64,000 nucleotides of DNA from Patescibacteria group bacterium (GCA_018971305.1 JAGXBC010000001.1:173956-237955); one strand, 5' to 3'; counted from the first letter of the stretch, positions 8,495 to 19,448 are shown. Notes: a model not told the origin generated them from the letters alone. Numbers and translations: made by a program.

Positions 8495-11143
8495 CTAATT
8501 GAATACCAAAGAGTCAAGGCGGAAATTTACCTTTACCTTGCTGCCATCTTTCAGTTCCCCGCGGATAATCTTGTCTGCCAATTTATCCAAAATAACCTTC
8601 TGCATTAAGCGCTTAAGGGGGCGCGCTCCATATTCAGCGCTAAAACCTTCTTTAATAAGATATTCGCGGGCAGTTTCGTTCACATCAATTTTAATTTTAT
8701 GGGCATCAAGACGCTTCTGGATCATATCAATCTGGATATCAACTATTTTGCCCAAGTCCTCTTTATTTAGGGGGTTGAAAATCACGATCTCATCTATCCG
8801 GTTCAAAAATTCCGGCCGGAAGCTCTCCCGCAGTGATTCCATAACTTTTTCTTTATAGCCGCCATCCTCGCTATCGCGGCTTATTTCATTATTTGCTGCG
8901 CTGAATCCGAAACGAGACATACCCTTCAAATATTGGCTGCCGACATTTGAGGTCATAATGATTATGGCGTTCTTGAAGTTGACAACCTTGCCTTTGCCGT
9001 CGGTGATGCGCCCGTTATCTAAGATCTGTAGTAACAAATTGAAGACCTCCGGGTGGGCTTTTTCTATTTCATCAAAAAGTATCAAGCTGTATGGCCTGTG
9101 GCGCACTACTTCCGTAAGCTGCCCGCCTTCGTCATAACCGACATAACCCGGTGGCGCTCCAATCAAGCGGCTGGTGGCATGTCTCTCCATATATTCGGAC
9201 ATATCTATGCGCACAAGAGCTTTTTCATCGTTGAACATAAACTCGGCCAGTGCCTTAGCGAGCTCTGTCTTACCGACCCCGGTAGGACCAAGAAACATGA
9301 ATGAACCCAATGGACGATTCTCGTCAGAAAGGCCGGCTCGAGCCCGGCGTAAAGCGTTAGCCACGGCTTTTATGCCGTCCCCTTGGCCGACAACTCGGTT
9401 ATCCAATACATCTTCTATCCTCACGAGCTTGTCGCTTTCTGATTCCAGCATGCGCCGAAGAGGAATACCGGTCCAAACGGAAACCACGGCGGCGACATCC
9501 TCTTTATCCACCGATTCCTTAAGGAACGATTCGTCGGTTGATTTTTTACCCTTCTTGGCGCGAATAGCGCTGAAGTGTTTCTTTTCAAAAGCGGTGAAGT
9601 CTTTTTCGGATTGCGGCAGTTCTCCGTACATTATCTGCGCCGTACGCTCAAGGTTCCCTTCGCGCTCCGCAATTTCGGCTTCACGCTTAAGATTGTCAAC
9701 TTTTTGGCGGAGCTGATGCAGTGTTTCAAACTTGATTTTCTCGGAATGCCAACGCGCGGAAAGCTCGTCATTTGTTTCTTTAAGACCTTTAAGGCCTTTA
9801 TCAATTTCCTTAAGACGCCCGCTGTTGTTTTTTTCTCCCTCTTTACTAAGGGCTTGGCGTTCTACTTCCAAGCGCGTGATATCGCGGCGGATGCCGTCTA
9901 TCTCTTTCGGCAAGCTTTCCGTCTCCAACCTGCGGGCAGCAGCCGCTTCGTCTATCAAATCAACCGCTTTGTCCGGCAAAAATCTATCTGTAATATAGCG
10001 GGATGACAGATTTACCGCCTCAATTATAGCTTCATCCGATATCCGCAAACCGTGATGAATTTCGTATTTTTCCTTTAGGCCTCGCAAAATGGCGATGGAA
10101 TCTTCAATAGACGGCTCTTCAACTATAATCGGCTGAAACCTGCGCTCCAGTGCCGGATCTTTTTCTATATAGCGCTGATATTCGCGGATAGTCGTAGCTC
10201 CGATTGTGTGAAGCTCGCCGCGCGCCAAAGCCGGCTTTAAAAGATTAGAGGCATCTACCGCGCCTTCAGCGGCTCCCGCACCAACGATCGTGTGGATCTC
10301 GTCTATAAAAAGAATTATCTGTCCCGAAGCGTTTTTTATTTCATTAACGAAAGCCTTAAGGCGGTCTTCAAATTCTCCGCGGAATTTAGTACCGGCGATG
10401 AGCGACCCCAGATCTAACATCAAAATTTTCTTATCTTTAAGCGGCTCCGGTACGTCGCCGGAGACTATTCTTTGAGCAAGCCCCTCAACAATGGCGGTCT
10501 TCCCGACTCCGGGTTCTCCGATAAGCGCCGGGTTGTTCTTCGTGCGGCGAGAGAGAACCTGCATCACGCGTCGTAACTCTTCTTCGCGGCCGATGACCGG
10601 ATCAAGTTTTCCGGCCTTAGCTTTTTCGGTTATATCTATAGAATATTTTTCCAGAACCTGGAACTTGCTCTCTGGAGTTTCGTCGGTAATCCGCACGGAG
10701 CCCCTAAGCTGGGCCAATGTCCGCCAAACAGCTTCGCGGCGAACGGCAAACTGGTCTAAAACATTTTTTGCCGCCGAGGGAACCTCTAGAATGGCAAGAA
10801 GCATATGCTCGCAGGAAACAAATTCGTCTTTCTGTTGAGCGGCAACTTTTGCAGCCTGATCCAAAACCTTCATTAACTCCTGGGAAAGATAAAGCTGGCC
10901 TACCGTAGAATTGGCCACAAGCCGCGGCAAGCGGCTCAGTTCCAAATCAACGTTTTCTGCCAATTTTTCTACATTTATTCCTATCCTATTCAGGACAGGA
11001 ATAATTAGAGACGATGGGTCTTCTAATAGTGACGCCAAAAGGTGAAGCGCCTTAAGCTCCCCATGACTTTTCTTGGCCGCAAGTTCCTGGGCGTTCTGCA
11101 AGGCTTCCTGGGCTTTGATTGTGAAACGATGGAAGTTGGGCAT
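8495..11143 (-). CDS. clpB: ATP-dependent chaperone ClpB
   Basis: 882 aa. Clp N-domain, two AAA modules ([15 protein letters not shown] and [15 protein letters not shown]) and a long coiled-coil middle domain between them. Confidence 0.95.
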   Translation of the reverse strand: MPNFHRFTIKAQEALQNAQELAAKKSHGELKALHLLASLLEDPSSLIIPVLNRIGINVEKLAENVDLELSRLPRLVANSTVGQLYLSQELMKVLDQAAKVAAQQKDEFVSCEHMLLAILEVPSAAKNVLDQFAVRREAVWRTLAQLRGSVRITDETPESKFQVLEKYSIDITEKAKAGKLDPVIGREEELRRVMQVLSRRTKNNPALIGEPGVGKTAIVEGLAQRIVSGDVPEPLKDKKILMLDLGSLIAGTKFRGEFEDRLKAFVNEIKNASGQIILFIDEIHTIVGAGAAEGAVDASNLLKPALARGELHTIGATTIREYQRYIEKDPALERRFQPIIVEEPSIEDSIAILRGLKEKYEIHHGLRISDEAIIEAVNLSSRYITDRFLPDKAVDLIDEAAAARRLETESLPKEIDGIRRDITRLEVERQALSKEGEKNNSGRLKEIDKGLKGLKETNDELSARWHSEKIKFETLHQLRQKVDNLKREAEIAEREGNLERTAQIMYGELPQSEKDFTAFEKKHFSAIRAKKGKKSTDESFLKESVDKEDVAAVVSVWTGIPLRRMLESESDKLVRIEDVLDNRVVGQGDGIKAVANALRRARAGLSDENRPLGSFMFLGPTGVGKTELAKALAEFMFNDEKALVRIDMSEYMERHATSRLIGAPPGYVGYDEGGQLTEVVRHRPYSLILFDEIEKAHPEVFNLLLQILDNGRITDGKGKVVNFKNAIIIMTSNVGSQYLKGMSRFGFSAANNEISRDSEDGGYKEKVMESLRESFRPEFLNRIDEIVIFNPLNKEDLGKIVDIQIDMIQKRLDAHKIKIDVNETAREYLIKEGFSAEYGARPLKRLMQKVILDKLADKIIRGELKDGSKVKVNFRLDSLVFN

Positions 11144-11299
11144 TGATAAAAATTTTCAATTTCCAATTAATCAATTTTAAAAAGTTTGGAAATTGGAACT
11201 TAATTATATTATAGCAATTCTAGCGCAAAACTATCCCATTGTCAATCTAGGTGTTAGATTGCCAATGACACGCCGTCTTCCCTACTCTACGGATATAAT

Positions 11300-12619
11300 C
11301 TATTGCACCGGCCGCTTCTCAAGTTTCACCGACAATACCATTTCCTTTCCATTACGATTTATTTTGATGGTTATCGCATCGCCGACAGAAAACTGAGAAA
11401 TGACGGCGCCAAGAGAATGGTCGCTGTCAATCTTCTGGTTATTAACCTGCAATATTATATCCTCGGCTTCAATGCCGGCTTTGTCTGCCGGAGAACCGAT
11501 AATAACTCCCGGACCGTCGCTTGAACCGCGGACCAGGGCACCATAATCAACGGCTAATTTCTGTGCTTTCGCTATGTCGGGGGTAACGACAATATACCTT
11601 ACGCCCAAATATGGCACAGAAATTTCTCCGCTCACTTTCACGGAACTTATATCCCGCTTCGCTCTGTTTATCGGAATAGCGAAACCGATGCTCTGAGCTC
11701 CCTGAGCTATGGCGGTATTTATGCCGATAACTTGTCCGCTCAAATTCAAAAGCGGTCCGCCGGAATTTCCCGGATTGATAGCGGCATCGGTCTGGATAAC
11801 ATTATCAATAGTTTCAGACCCCAAATCAGGACCGGAAGCCGTAACAGTACGCGCAAGGCCGGATATCACGCCAACGGAAACGGTGTTTCGGAATTCTCCG
11901 AGGGCGTTGCCGATAGCGATGGAAGTCTGGCCCAATTCAACCGCGTCGGAATCTCCGAGTTCAACGGTCGGCAAGCCATGCGCATCTATCTTGAGAACCG
12001 CCAAATCCTGGCTCGGGTCAACAGCCGAAATCTTCGCATTATATTTTTTCCCGTCATTCGTGAAAACCGTGTAAGATGCGGTCTTATCACCGGCAACATG
12101 CTTATTAGTCAGGATCAGGCCGTCGGAAGAAATGATAAATCCAGAACCTCCTCCGACTTCCTGGAGTTGAGTCTTGCCCGTATCGCAAGGCACGCTGAAC
12201 TGAGGGAGATCGTTTCCAAAAAACTGCTGGAATTCCGGCGGCAGATTGCCGAAAGAATTTTGCGGACAATTTTCTATTATCGGGACATTCTTGGAAATTG
12301 TAATGGAGACCACAGCCGGGGACGCTTTCTTAACAGCATCCACGACAGCTTTTTCGTAGTCAACGACCGGCTTATAGGGCGACACACTGTTGTTGTCCGT
12401 AGGCGGAACAGTGCCGGTAGCGTTACCTCCTCCGAACATCTGGGTGCTTGTGGATATTCCGCCCAAGAAGGGAGAAATAAGATTATTGAAAAAATCGTTA
12501 AAAAAATTGGCTTTGGCCGGCTGGGCATTGATAAATCCGCCGAAAAATAAGCCCGTGGCCAGCCCTAATGCCAAAAAACCGAGAAATTTTTTATTTTCCT
12601 TGAAAATTCCCATCTTCAA
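11300..12619 (-). CDS. HtrA/DegP-family serine protease with PDZ domain
   Basis: 439 aa. N-terminal TM/signal segment, trypsin-like motifs (TNKHV, GNSGGPLLN) and a C-terminal PDZ-like segment. Confidence 0.9.
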   Translation of the reverse strand: MKMGIFKENKKFLGFLALGLATGLFFGGFINAQPAKANFFNDFFNNLISPFLGGISTSTQMFGGGNATGTVPPTDNNSVSPYKPVVDYEKAVVDAVKKASPAVVSITISKNVPIIENCPQNSFGNLPPEFQQFFGNDLPQFSVPCDTGKTQLQEVGGGSGFIISSDGLILTNKHVAGDKTASYTVFTNDGKKYNAKISAVDPSQDLAVLKIDAHGLPTVELGDSDAVELGQTSIAIGNALGEFRNTVSVGVISGLARTVTASGPDLGSETIDNVIQTDAAINPGNSGGPLLNLSGQVIGINTAIAQGAQSIGFAIPINRAKRDISSVKVSGEISVPYLGVRYIVVTPDIAKAQKLAVDYGALVRGSSDGPGVIIGSPADKAGIEAEDIILQVNNQKIDSDHSLGAVISQFSVGDAITIKINRNGKEMVLSVKLEKRPVQ

Positions 12620-12742
12620 TAATTTATTACGTTAATAAAATTAAAAAAGTTACATTCTTTATTATACTCGGCAACAAAGATGAAATAAACAATATTTTCC
12701 CGCTTATTCCCCGGGAACGAACCGATCTCTTGGACTAAGCGA

Positions 12743-13930
12743 TTATAAACAATTTTTAATAACAGTTAGCGCATTATCAACCTCTACCTTCGTCGTCGGC
12801 CCGCCTAAACTGAAGCGGATACTCTGCCTCGCGCGTTCCTTTGGATATCCAAGAGCTTCAATCACATAAGAACTATCCACTGCACGGCTGCGGCAGGCGG
12901 AACCGGCGGAAACCGCGAGGCCGGCCAAATCAAATTCAGCAAGCAAGTCCTCGGCTTTGCGACCCGGGAAATAAACATTAATAATATTCGGCAATTTATC
13001 GGCAGAATTTTCCGGACCGTTGATTTCCGCCTGCGAACAAATTTTCTTGAGCTCATCCCAAAAATAATCGCGTAGTTCTAAGATTCTCTTACTTTCTAAT
13101 TCCCGCCTGCCGACAGGCAGGCGCGCGCCTACGCCTATGAGCTCCACTGCTTTAGAAAAACCGACGATTGCCGGCACGTTCTCCGTGCCGCTACGCCAGC
13201 CAAATTCCTGCCCGCCGCCGGTCAGAATCGGAGCGAGGACAGAACCGTTTCTTATGTATAGTGCACCAACTCCTTTTGGTCCGTAAATCTTATGCGCGGA
13301 TAGAGTCATCAAGTCAATTCCAAGTTTTTCGACGCCGCAATCCAAAAACTGCAGCGCCTGCGCCGCGTCCGTATGAAGTAACGGATAAAACTTATCGTTC
13401 CTGAAATCCGAAACGGTCCTAGACAATCGTTCAATATTGTTAACGGCACCAATCTCGTTGTTCGCGTACATAATCGAAACCAAAGCCGTCCGCTCGTTTA
13501 GCTCTCTCGCCAAATCAGCCGGGTCAACAATTCCTCTTTTATCTACCGGCAAACGAACGACTTCAGCTCCGTCTTTTTCTAAATCCTGAGCCGTCTCCAA
13601 AACGGATTCGTGCTCTATACAAGAAATGATGATCTTGGGATTTTTTATATTGTTTCTAACAACCCTTATCGCACCGCGCAAAGCCAAATTATTTGCCTCC
13701 GTAGCGGAACCGGTGAAAATAATCTCTCTAAACTCGGCGCCGATTGCTTTGGCGATAGTCTCCCGCGAGGCATCAACGGCAGACAATGCCTCCTGCCCAA
13801 AAGAATGCAATGACCCGGGATTGCCGAATATATCCCTAAAATACGGCTGCATCGCCTCAAGCACGCGCGGATCCACGGGCGTAGAGGCGGCGTAATCAAA
13901 ATAAAGTCGCATATTCCTTAGAGAATTCAA
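12743..13930 (-). CDS. Cysteine desulfurase (class V aminotransferase, NifS/IscS-like)
   Basis: 395 aa. Contains YFDYAASTP, the PLP-lysine motif SAHKIYGPKGVGALY and GSACRS near the C-terminus. Confidence 0.9.
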   Translation of the reverse strand: MNSLRNMRLYFDYAASTPVDPRVLEAMQPYFRDIFGNPGSLHSFGQEALSAVDASRETIAKAIGAEFREIIFTGSATEANNLALRGAIRVVRNNIKNPKIIISCIEHESVLETAQDLEKDGAEVVRLPVDKRGIVDPADLARELNERTALVSIMYANNEIGAVNNIERLSRTVSDFRNDKFYPLLHTDAAQALQFLDCGVEKLGIDLMTLSAHKIYGPKGVGALYIRNGSVLAPILTGGGQEFGWRSGTENVPAIVGFSKAVELIGVGARLPVGRRELESKRILELRDYFWDELKKICSQAEINGPENSADKLPNIINVYFPGRKAEDLLAEFDLAGLAVSAGSACRSRAVDSSYVIEALGYPKERARQSIRFSLGGPTTKVEVDNALTVIKNCL

Positions 13931-14468
13931 CTTTAATCACCTTCCCGGTCTTCTTGTCGGGAATCATAAAAAATCTCTGCTTGATGTATAGATCATAAAG
14001 CTTTTTCGTAAGTTCAACATCTTTAAGACAATAGGATTTAAGTTCCTCAATCTTGCCTTCTTTATATAAACTGATTGCCTCTGAACCATGGCGGTCTTTT
14101 TTTACACCCAAATTAGCTTCCGACAACCTGGATAAACTTATCCTCTGTCCCGCAGCCATTTCAATCTCCTGGAGCAAATCCACCCGTTCTTTCTCCCAAA
14201 TGTTCTGCATCGGAATACCAAACCTCTGGAAATAAAGATTCAAGACGGGGATATCATAACTATTCATGCTGAAACCGACGATGCGGCTCGCATCGGCAAA
14301 AAGTTCGGCGAGCTGAGACATCTCCGACTCTTCAAAGCAAAAATATTTGTCGCGCATATAGGAATAAACGCCGACTACGGATATTTTGAGAGCCTCAAAA
14401 TTATCCCGGCCAACCCCGGGGTCTGTGAAAAAATTAGATGTTTCTATGTCAAAGACAATCGTGTCCAT
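13896..14468 (-). CDS. RNase H-fold DEDD-type 3'-5' exonuclease-like protein
   Basis: The ORF is 13896..14531. I prefer the internal start MDTIVFDIETSNFF (ATG at 14468), which abuts the upstream stop. FDIET plus a later SMNSYDIPVL resemble DEDD exonuclease motifs. Confidence 0.55.
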   Translation of the reverse strand: MDTIVFDIETSNFFTDPGVGRDNFEALKISVVGVYSYMRDKYFCFEESEMSQLAELFADASRIVGFSMNSYDIPVLNLYFQRFGIPMQNIWEKERVDLLQEIEMAAGQRISLSRLSEANLGVKKDRHGSEAISLYKEGKIEELKSYCLKDVELTKKLYDLYIKQRFFMIPDKKTGKVIKVEFSKEYATLF

Positions 14469-14469
14469 T

Positions 14470-14949
14470 TTATACGTGCCTATCGGCAACGTTGGTCGCC
14501 GCGTAACTTTCCGGCTTGGTTTTAGCTTCAAAATTATTGGCGCGGATCATACCTACGACCTCCTGGATCATAGGGCTCGTAGGGCCGTTCGCGCCGACAT
14601 CGGCATGGATCTCAAACTCAAACTGCACCTCTGGGAATTTTTTCAGCTCCTCAAGCAGATCTTTTGCTATATCTATCGATATCAGGACTTCCTTGATTAT
14701 TCTGTCGCGCAAAGTATGGAGTTTGTCCATCTCGAACCGCCTCCAGAAATATCTGCCGCCGTTCCCCATGCGATGGACAACGATAGCCGTAACAAAATCG
14801 GCCTTATTGTGCGGCAAACGCTCGGAATCGGTTCCGATCGTAACCTTATAGTGATAGCGGTCGTCTTCTTTAATAAAACGGATTAATTCCTGAACAACCT
14901 GTTTAACGGTGAGCTTTAAGCCAAGGGATGAGTTTAAAAATTCTGGCAT
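14470..14949 (-). CDS. YkuK/DUF458-like RNase H-fold protein
   Basis: 159 aa. The TIGTDSE...FVTAIVVHR...HADVG pattern recalls the YkuK family. Confidence 0.55.
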   Translation of the reverse strand: MPEFLNSSLGLKLTVKQVVQELIRFIKEDDRYHYKVTIGTDSERLPHNKADFVTAIVVHRMGNGGRYFWRRFEMDKLHTLRDRIIKEVLISIDIAKDLLEELKKFPEVQFEFEIHADVGANGPTSPMIQEVVGMIRANNFEAKTKPESYAATNVADRHV

Positions 14950-15024
14950 ACTCTGGACTATAAGCCGCGATCATCGATTTTGTCAATAAAAACAGCGCAA
15001 AAACTCATAGGCAGGATTATTAAA

Positions 15025-15915
15025 TCACTTTATCAACCCCGACAATTTTTTAAATTCGACACTTACAATCTTTGGCGTTTTGGCTTCAATATTCAGGCGT
15101 AAAAGAGGCTCGGTATTGGACTCTCGAATATTGAACCACCAATCTTGAAATTCCATCGTAAGACCGTCTAGGTGGGAAACCCTGTTTGTCCGACGCCGAT
15201 AAATATTTTCAATAGTTTTAACCGTACCTCTTTTATTTTTGACGACAAAGTTAGTTTCTTTAATACGATAATATGCCGGCAAAGAATCAAGCCAAGAAGA
15301 AAGTTTTTGCCCGGCCAGATTTAACTCACCCACGGCATTAGCAAAATGGACCATCGCCCTGATACCAGAATCAAAATAACTTTTATTCCGACCGAACTTA
15401 TTTTCAAAATAAATATGCCCGGAGAATTCCACTCCGAGTTTTATATTCTTGGCCTTCATTGTTCTCTTAATAAAATAGTGGCCGACGCGAGATTCAATAA
15501 ATTTAAGCGGAGATTTTTTAACCAGCCAACCCATACGCAGATCAATAAGATACGGAGAAGGAAAATCTCTCGCCAAGAGCAAGGCAACGGCCTCCTGCGG
15601 CACCAGGCGCCCGCGATCGTCCACGAAAAATACCCTGTCTCCGTCGGCATCGAAAATCGCACCGAAGTCCGCTTTTATTTTTTTGACGCGGCTTATTATG
15701 TCGGTCATGGCGCCGCCTGCCCAAGGGTCCGGCCCGTGCGCGGGGAATTTACCGTCCGGACTAGAGTTTATCAAATCTATAAATAATTTATTGCTCTTTA
15801 GCCGGCGCAAAACCGAACCGACCGTACCATTCGATGAGTCGCAAACACAACGCAAATTCGCTTCCAGCTTCAAAAATTTTTTCAGATAATCGGCGTAAAT
15901 CTTGGCGCATTCCAT
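15025..15915 (-). CDS. Phosphoglucomutase/phosphomannomutase, C-terminal fragment (domains II-IV) of a split gene
   Basis: 296 aa. Metal-binding loop FDADGDRVFFVD and sugar-binding GVEFSGHIYF. The gene starts 1 nt after the TAG of the upstream fragment, in a different frame. Confidence 0.8.
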   Translation of the reverse strand: MECAKIYADYLKKFLKLEANLRCVCDSSNGTVGSVLRRLKSNKLFIDLINSSPDGKFPAHGPDPWAGGAMTDIISRVKKIKADFGAIFDADGDRVFFVDDRGRLVPQEAVALLLARDFPSPYLIDLRMGWLVKKSPLKFIESRVGHYFIKRTMKAKNIKLGVEFSGHIYFENKFGRNKSYFDSGIRAMVHFANAVGELNLAGQKLSSWLDSLPAYYRIKETNFVVKNKRGTVKTIENIYRRRTNRVSHLDGLTMEFQDWWFNIRESNTEPLLRLNIEAKTPKIVSVEFKKLSGLIK

Positions 15916-15916
15916 T

Positions 15917-16309
15917 CTATTGGCCGATAACTGATTTTTTAATATCCTCGCCGCTTATCGGCACCGCAGCTGCGCCGACTACCTTCAAACCGTTATATTC
16001 TCCGGGATTATGCGAAGCGGTTATCATTATTCCTCCCGAAGCCCTGAAATAATTGACGAAGAAATAAAGCATCGGCGTAGTAGAGACACCGATGGATATT
16101 ATTTTTATTCCCTTGAATTTTTTGAGACCGGCGATGGCGGCAGCGTAAAGCCGCGGCGAGCTCAAACGCGCGTCGCGCGCCACAACCACTTTTCCTTTTT
16201 TGAAAAATTTCTGTAGGCCACCGACTATCTTTTTAACGTTTTCTTCATTAATGGCATCCGGATATTTACCACGAATATCATAGGCCTTAAAAATTGATTG
16301 CGGAATCAT
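15917..16309 (-). CDS. Phosphoglucomutase/phosphomannomutase, N-terminal fragment (domain I with catalytic Ser loop)
   Basis: 130 aa. Contains FKAYDIRGKYP and the catalytic loop ITASHNPGEYNGLK. Ends in TAG. Confidence 0.8.
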   Translation of the reverse strand: MIPQSIFKAYDIRGKYPDAINEENVKKIVGGLQKFFKKGKVVVARDARLSSPRLYAAAIAGLKKFKGIKIISIGVSTTPMLYFFVNYFRASGGIMITASHNPGEYNGLKVVGAAAVPISGEDIKKSVIGQ

Positions 16310-16391
16310 TGTCTAATTATAGCTCATAATGTCAGGGATGAAATTCTGCCGCTCTTTTTTATTGTGAGAATATAGTAGAATTTACATATAA

Positions 16392-18503
16392 ATGGCAAAA
16401 CGCAACGGTAAGAAAAATAACGACGAAGGCGATAGATATTATTCGCCGAGATCGCCCCGCCTCCACCCCGATGCCAAAAAAAGCGTCTGGGCGATAGCCT
16501 TCGCGGGCTTGGCGATAATTCTCGCACTCGCCGCATTTGATAAGGCAGGACCAGCAGGCGAGCTGGCGTATAAGGCGCTTGTAACCCTCTTGGGCTGGGG
16601 ATATTTTATTTTGCCCGCGGCACTGCTCTTCGCCGCAGGTATGCTGATATTCTCGGAAAGAGAAAAGGTTGTGAGTATGACGCTTTTGGGCTCGGGGCTG
16701 TTCGTTCTCGCGGTTTTAGGGCTTATCGAACTGTTCTCTCCGGGCAACGGCGGCTGGCTCGGATTTATTCTCGGTGCGCTGAAGATTCCCTTCGGCGAAA
16801 CCGCGGCAATAATCATAAACATCATTATCCTTATCATATCCGGGGTCATCGCTTCCAACGTCCCATTGAAATTCAAATGGCCCGAAAAGGAGGCTTCTCC
16901 TCTTATAACCGGCTCGGAAATAAAAACAAAAATTAAAAATCCTGCCGTAGACGAAGAAGCAGGTCAGGAAGCAAGTCCAGAAGAAAGAGAAGAAGAAATT
17001 ATCCCTGCCGTTGAGGCCTATGCCGCCCCGTCTTTAAAAAATAAAAGGGCGGCCGTAACGGCAAAAAAATTCGCGGACTATGTTCCCCCGCCGCTATCGC
17101 TCCTCAAATCTGCGAGCGATAAACCGACTACCGGAGATCTCCTTGCTAACGCCAACGTCATCAAAAGAACTTTGGACAGCTTTGGTATCCCCGTAGAAAT
17201 GGGGGAAATAAATGTTGGACCGGCTGTCACGCGCTATACTCTTAAGCCAGCGGAGGGCGTAAAACTTTCTCGTATTGAGGCGCTGCATAATGACCTGGCA
17301 CTCGCTCTCGCCGCGCACCCCATAAGGATAGAGGCACCGATTCCAGGAAAGTCACTTGTGGGAATTGAGGTCCCTAATAAAGCAGCGGCCTTGGTGCGCC
17401 TCGGAAGCCTGATGGCCTATCCTGAATTCCAAAAATCCGGGCCGCTGGGATTTGTGCTTGGGAGAGATGTTTCCGGGGAACCGGTTTTTGCCGATATAGA
17501 AAAAATGCCGCACATGCTTGTTGCCGGAGCGACAGGAGCCGGGAAATCAATTCTCATCCACTCTCTTTTAGCCTCACTTCTATACAAAAATTCACCGGCG
17601 ACATTGAAGATGATACTCATAGACCCAAAGAGAGTGGAGTTGTCCATATATAACGGCCTGCCGCATCTTGTAAACCCAGTGATAACGGAAAATAAGAAAG
17701 CCGCCGGCGTATTCAAGTGGGCGATAAACGAGATGGAGCGGCGCTACGACTTACTCCTTCACGCCGGCAGCCGGGATATAAAAAGCTACAACGCTAACGG
17801 CGGCAAGGACGACCCGCTCCCCTATCTTCTTATAGTCATAGATGAACTCGCAGACCTTATGGCCTCATATGGCCGCGAAGTTGAGGGCTCAATCGTCCGG
17901 CTCGCACAGATGGCGAGGGCGACAGGATTGCATCTCGTCCTTTCCACACAGCGGCCATCCGTGGAAGTTATAACTGGCCTGATTAAGGCAAATATTACGG
18001 CGCGCATCGCGCTTCAGGTCGCAAGCCAGATAGATTCGCGGACGATCTTGGACACATCCGGAGCCGAAAAACTTTTGGGCCGTGGCGACTTATTATTTAT
18101 TTCCTCGGATCTTTCTAAACCCAAGAGGATCCAGAGTTCATATATAACAGAGGAAGAAGTAAATAAGGTCACGGATTTTATTCGGGAAAATAATCGCAGC
18201 TCTCCCGCAGGAACAGAAGAAGTAAATTTCGAAGTTAAGAACTCCGAAAACGGCGGCGTTCCGGCTAATGGCGAAAATATGTTTGATGAATTTCTTGAGG
18301 ATGATGACGACGAAATGTACGATGAAGCTGTAAACGTTGTCCGCGAAGCTAAAAAGGCTTCAGCCTCTCTTCTGCAGCGCCGCCTTAAACTGGGCTATGC
18401 CCGCGCAGCCCGCCTGCTTGATCTTATGGAAGCGAAGGGTCTTATCGGCCCCGGAGATGGCGCCAAACCTCGGGAAGTATTTATAGACGATCTACCTGAA
18501 TAG
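16392..18503 (+). CDS. ftsK: DNA translocase FtsK/SpoIIIE
   Basis: 703 aa. N-terminal TM helices, a linker, the motor domain (GATGAGKSILIHSLL, LLIVIDELADL) and the C-terminal gamma wHTH (ASASLLQRRLKLGYARAARLLD). Confidence 0.95.
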   Translation: MAKRNGKKNNDEGDRYYSPRSPRLHPDAKKSVWAIAFAGLAIILALAAFDKAGPAGELAYKALVTLLGWGYFILPAALLFAAGMLIFSEREKVVSMTLLGSGLFVLAVLGLIELFSPGNGGWLGFILGALKIPFGETAAIIINIIILIISGVIASNVPLKFKWPEKEASPLITGSEIKTKIKNPAVDEEAGQEASPEEREEEIIPAVEAYAAPSLKNKRAAVTAKKFADYVPPPLSLLKSASDKPTTGDLLANANVIKRTLDSFGIPVEMGEINVGPAVTRYTLKPAEGVKLSRIEALHNDLALALAAHPIRIEAPIPGKSLVGIEVPNKAAALVRLGSLMAYPEFQKSGPLGFVLGRDVSGEPVFADIEKMPHMLVAGATGAGKSILIHSLLASLLYKNSPATLKMILIDPKRVELSIYNGLPHLVNPVITENKKAAGVFKWAINEMERRYDLLLHAGSRDIKSYNANGGKDDPLPYLLIVIDELADLMASYGREVEGSIVRLAQMARATGLHLVLSTQRPSVEVITGLIKANITARIALQVASQIDSRTILDTSGAEKLLGRGDLLFISSDLSKPKRIQSSYITEEEVNKVTDFIRENNRSSPAGTEEVNFEVKNSENGGVPANGENMFDEFLEDDDDEMYDEAVNVVREAKKASASLLQRRLKLGYARAARLLDLMEAKGLIGPGDGAKPREVFIDDLPE

Positions 18504-18524
18504 AGAAGCATTAGGCTAGAAGCT

Positions 18525-18549
18525 CTCCACCCTCAGTGGAGGCTTTTTT
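18525..18549 (+). terminator. Rho-independent terminator of ftsK
   Basis: ctccac-cctca-gtggag followed by gctttttt. Confidence 0.6.
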
Positions 18550-18682
18550 ATTATCTGCCCGCTGATACCCAGCCGCTTGCGGCGGGGATGAAGCGGTGCG
18601 CAGATAATAAACCCCGCCGACGGCGGGGTGAATAACCGCCTTGCTGTAAGCAGATACCGCGCTGCTTGCAGCGCGGTTATTC
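18548..18682. repeat. Cluster of three consecutive inverted repeats / stem-loops in the ftsK-downstream intergenic region
   Basis: 11-bp IR ttattatctgc (18548-58) / gcagataataa (18600-10). Hairpin accccgcc-gac-ggcggggt (18611-29). 10-bp IR gaataaccgc (18630-39) / gcggttattc (18673-82), which competes with the inner hairpin accgcgct...agcgcggt (18656-77). Confidence 0.5.
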
Positions 18683-18683
18683 A

Positions 18684-18713
18684 TTTACAAAAATTTAAAT
18701 ATGGCGGTATAAT
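18684..18713 (+). promoter_or_regulatory. Candidate sigma70-type promoter for the RodZ-like/recA unit
   Basis: TTTACA (18684-89), an 18-nt spacer, then TATAAT (18708-13). It lies about 32 nt upstream of the 18745 start. Confidence 0.3.
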
Positions 18714-18744
18714 CCTTTAGTCAACCAGTTAATAATATTTCCAA

Positions 18745-19416
18745 ATGGAAAACGAAGAATTGAATTTCGCGGAGTTTCTCAGGGAGAGGATAAAAGACAC
18801 GGGAATAAATATTAAAAAACTATCCGATGCCTCGGGGATCGCTGTTAAGCACCTCGAAGGGATGTTAAGCGGCAACCTGGAAAATCTTCCGTCCGCGCCA
18901 TACTTCCGGGGATATTTAATAAGGCTCGGAGAAATTTTGAATTTTGATTTTGAACCTTGGTGGAGCTCCCTAAAAAACAGCGGAGCAATAAAGGGAGCCC
19001 ATGCACCCCTGCCGAAGAATAGGTTCGTCAGGAAGTCCATCCCAAAGATTGCCTGGGTCGGAACATTTGTCGCAATTATTATAATTTATTTTCTATTTCA
19101 GTACTCGCATATTCTGGGCAAGCCGGAAATAACCCTAATTTCTCCATCCGGAAATCCCGCTTTATCCTTAGTCAACCAAGTAGACATAAGCGGTTCCCTG
19201 AATAATGGCGGAACGCTTTATATAAATGGTGAGCAGATAAGCATTAATAAGGATGGTACCTGGTCCAAAATGGTGCTCCTCCAAACGGGCATCAACTCTC
19301 TGAAAATAACCGCCAAAAAATTCTTAGGAGGGGAAACTAGCATCATGGAACAGATAATTTATCAGCCGCAAACAACCTCATCAGCTCCCGCACAGGCATT
19401 TAATCAATACAATTGA
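18745..19416 (+). CDS. RodZ-like HTH protein with single TM anchor
   Basis: 223 aa. N-terminal HTH ([33 protein letters not shown]), a central TM helix ([17 protein letters not shown]) and a C-terminal beta-rich domain. Confidence 0.6.
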   Translation: MENEELNFAEFLRERIKDTGINIKKLSDASGIAVKHLEGMLSGNLENLPSAPYFRGYLIRLGEILNFDFEPWWSSLKNSGAIKGAHAPLPKNRFVRKSIPKIAWVGTFVAIIIIYFLFQYSHILGKPEITLISPSGNPALSLVNQVDISGSLNNGGTLYINGEQISINKDGTWSKMVLLQTGINSLKITAKKFLGGETSIMEQIIYQPQTTSSAPAQAFNQYN

Positions 19417-19448
19417 CAACTTTATCCGTGCGCGTAAAATTAATTCCA

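Noticed and set aside
14469-14531. A 62-nt overlap between ORFs 13896..14531 and 14470..14949
   Set aside because: It is resolved by using the internal ATG at 14468 (MDTIVFDIET...), which starts at the conserved exonuclease motif and abuts the upstream stop.
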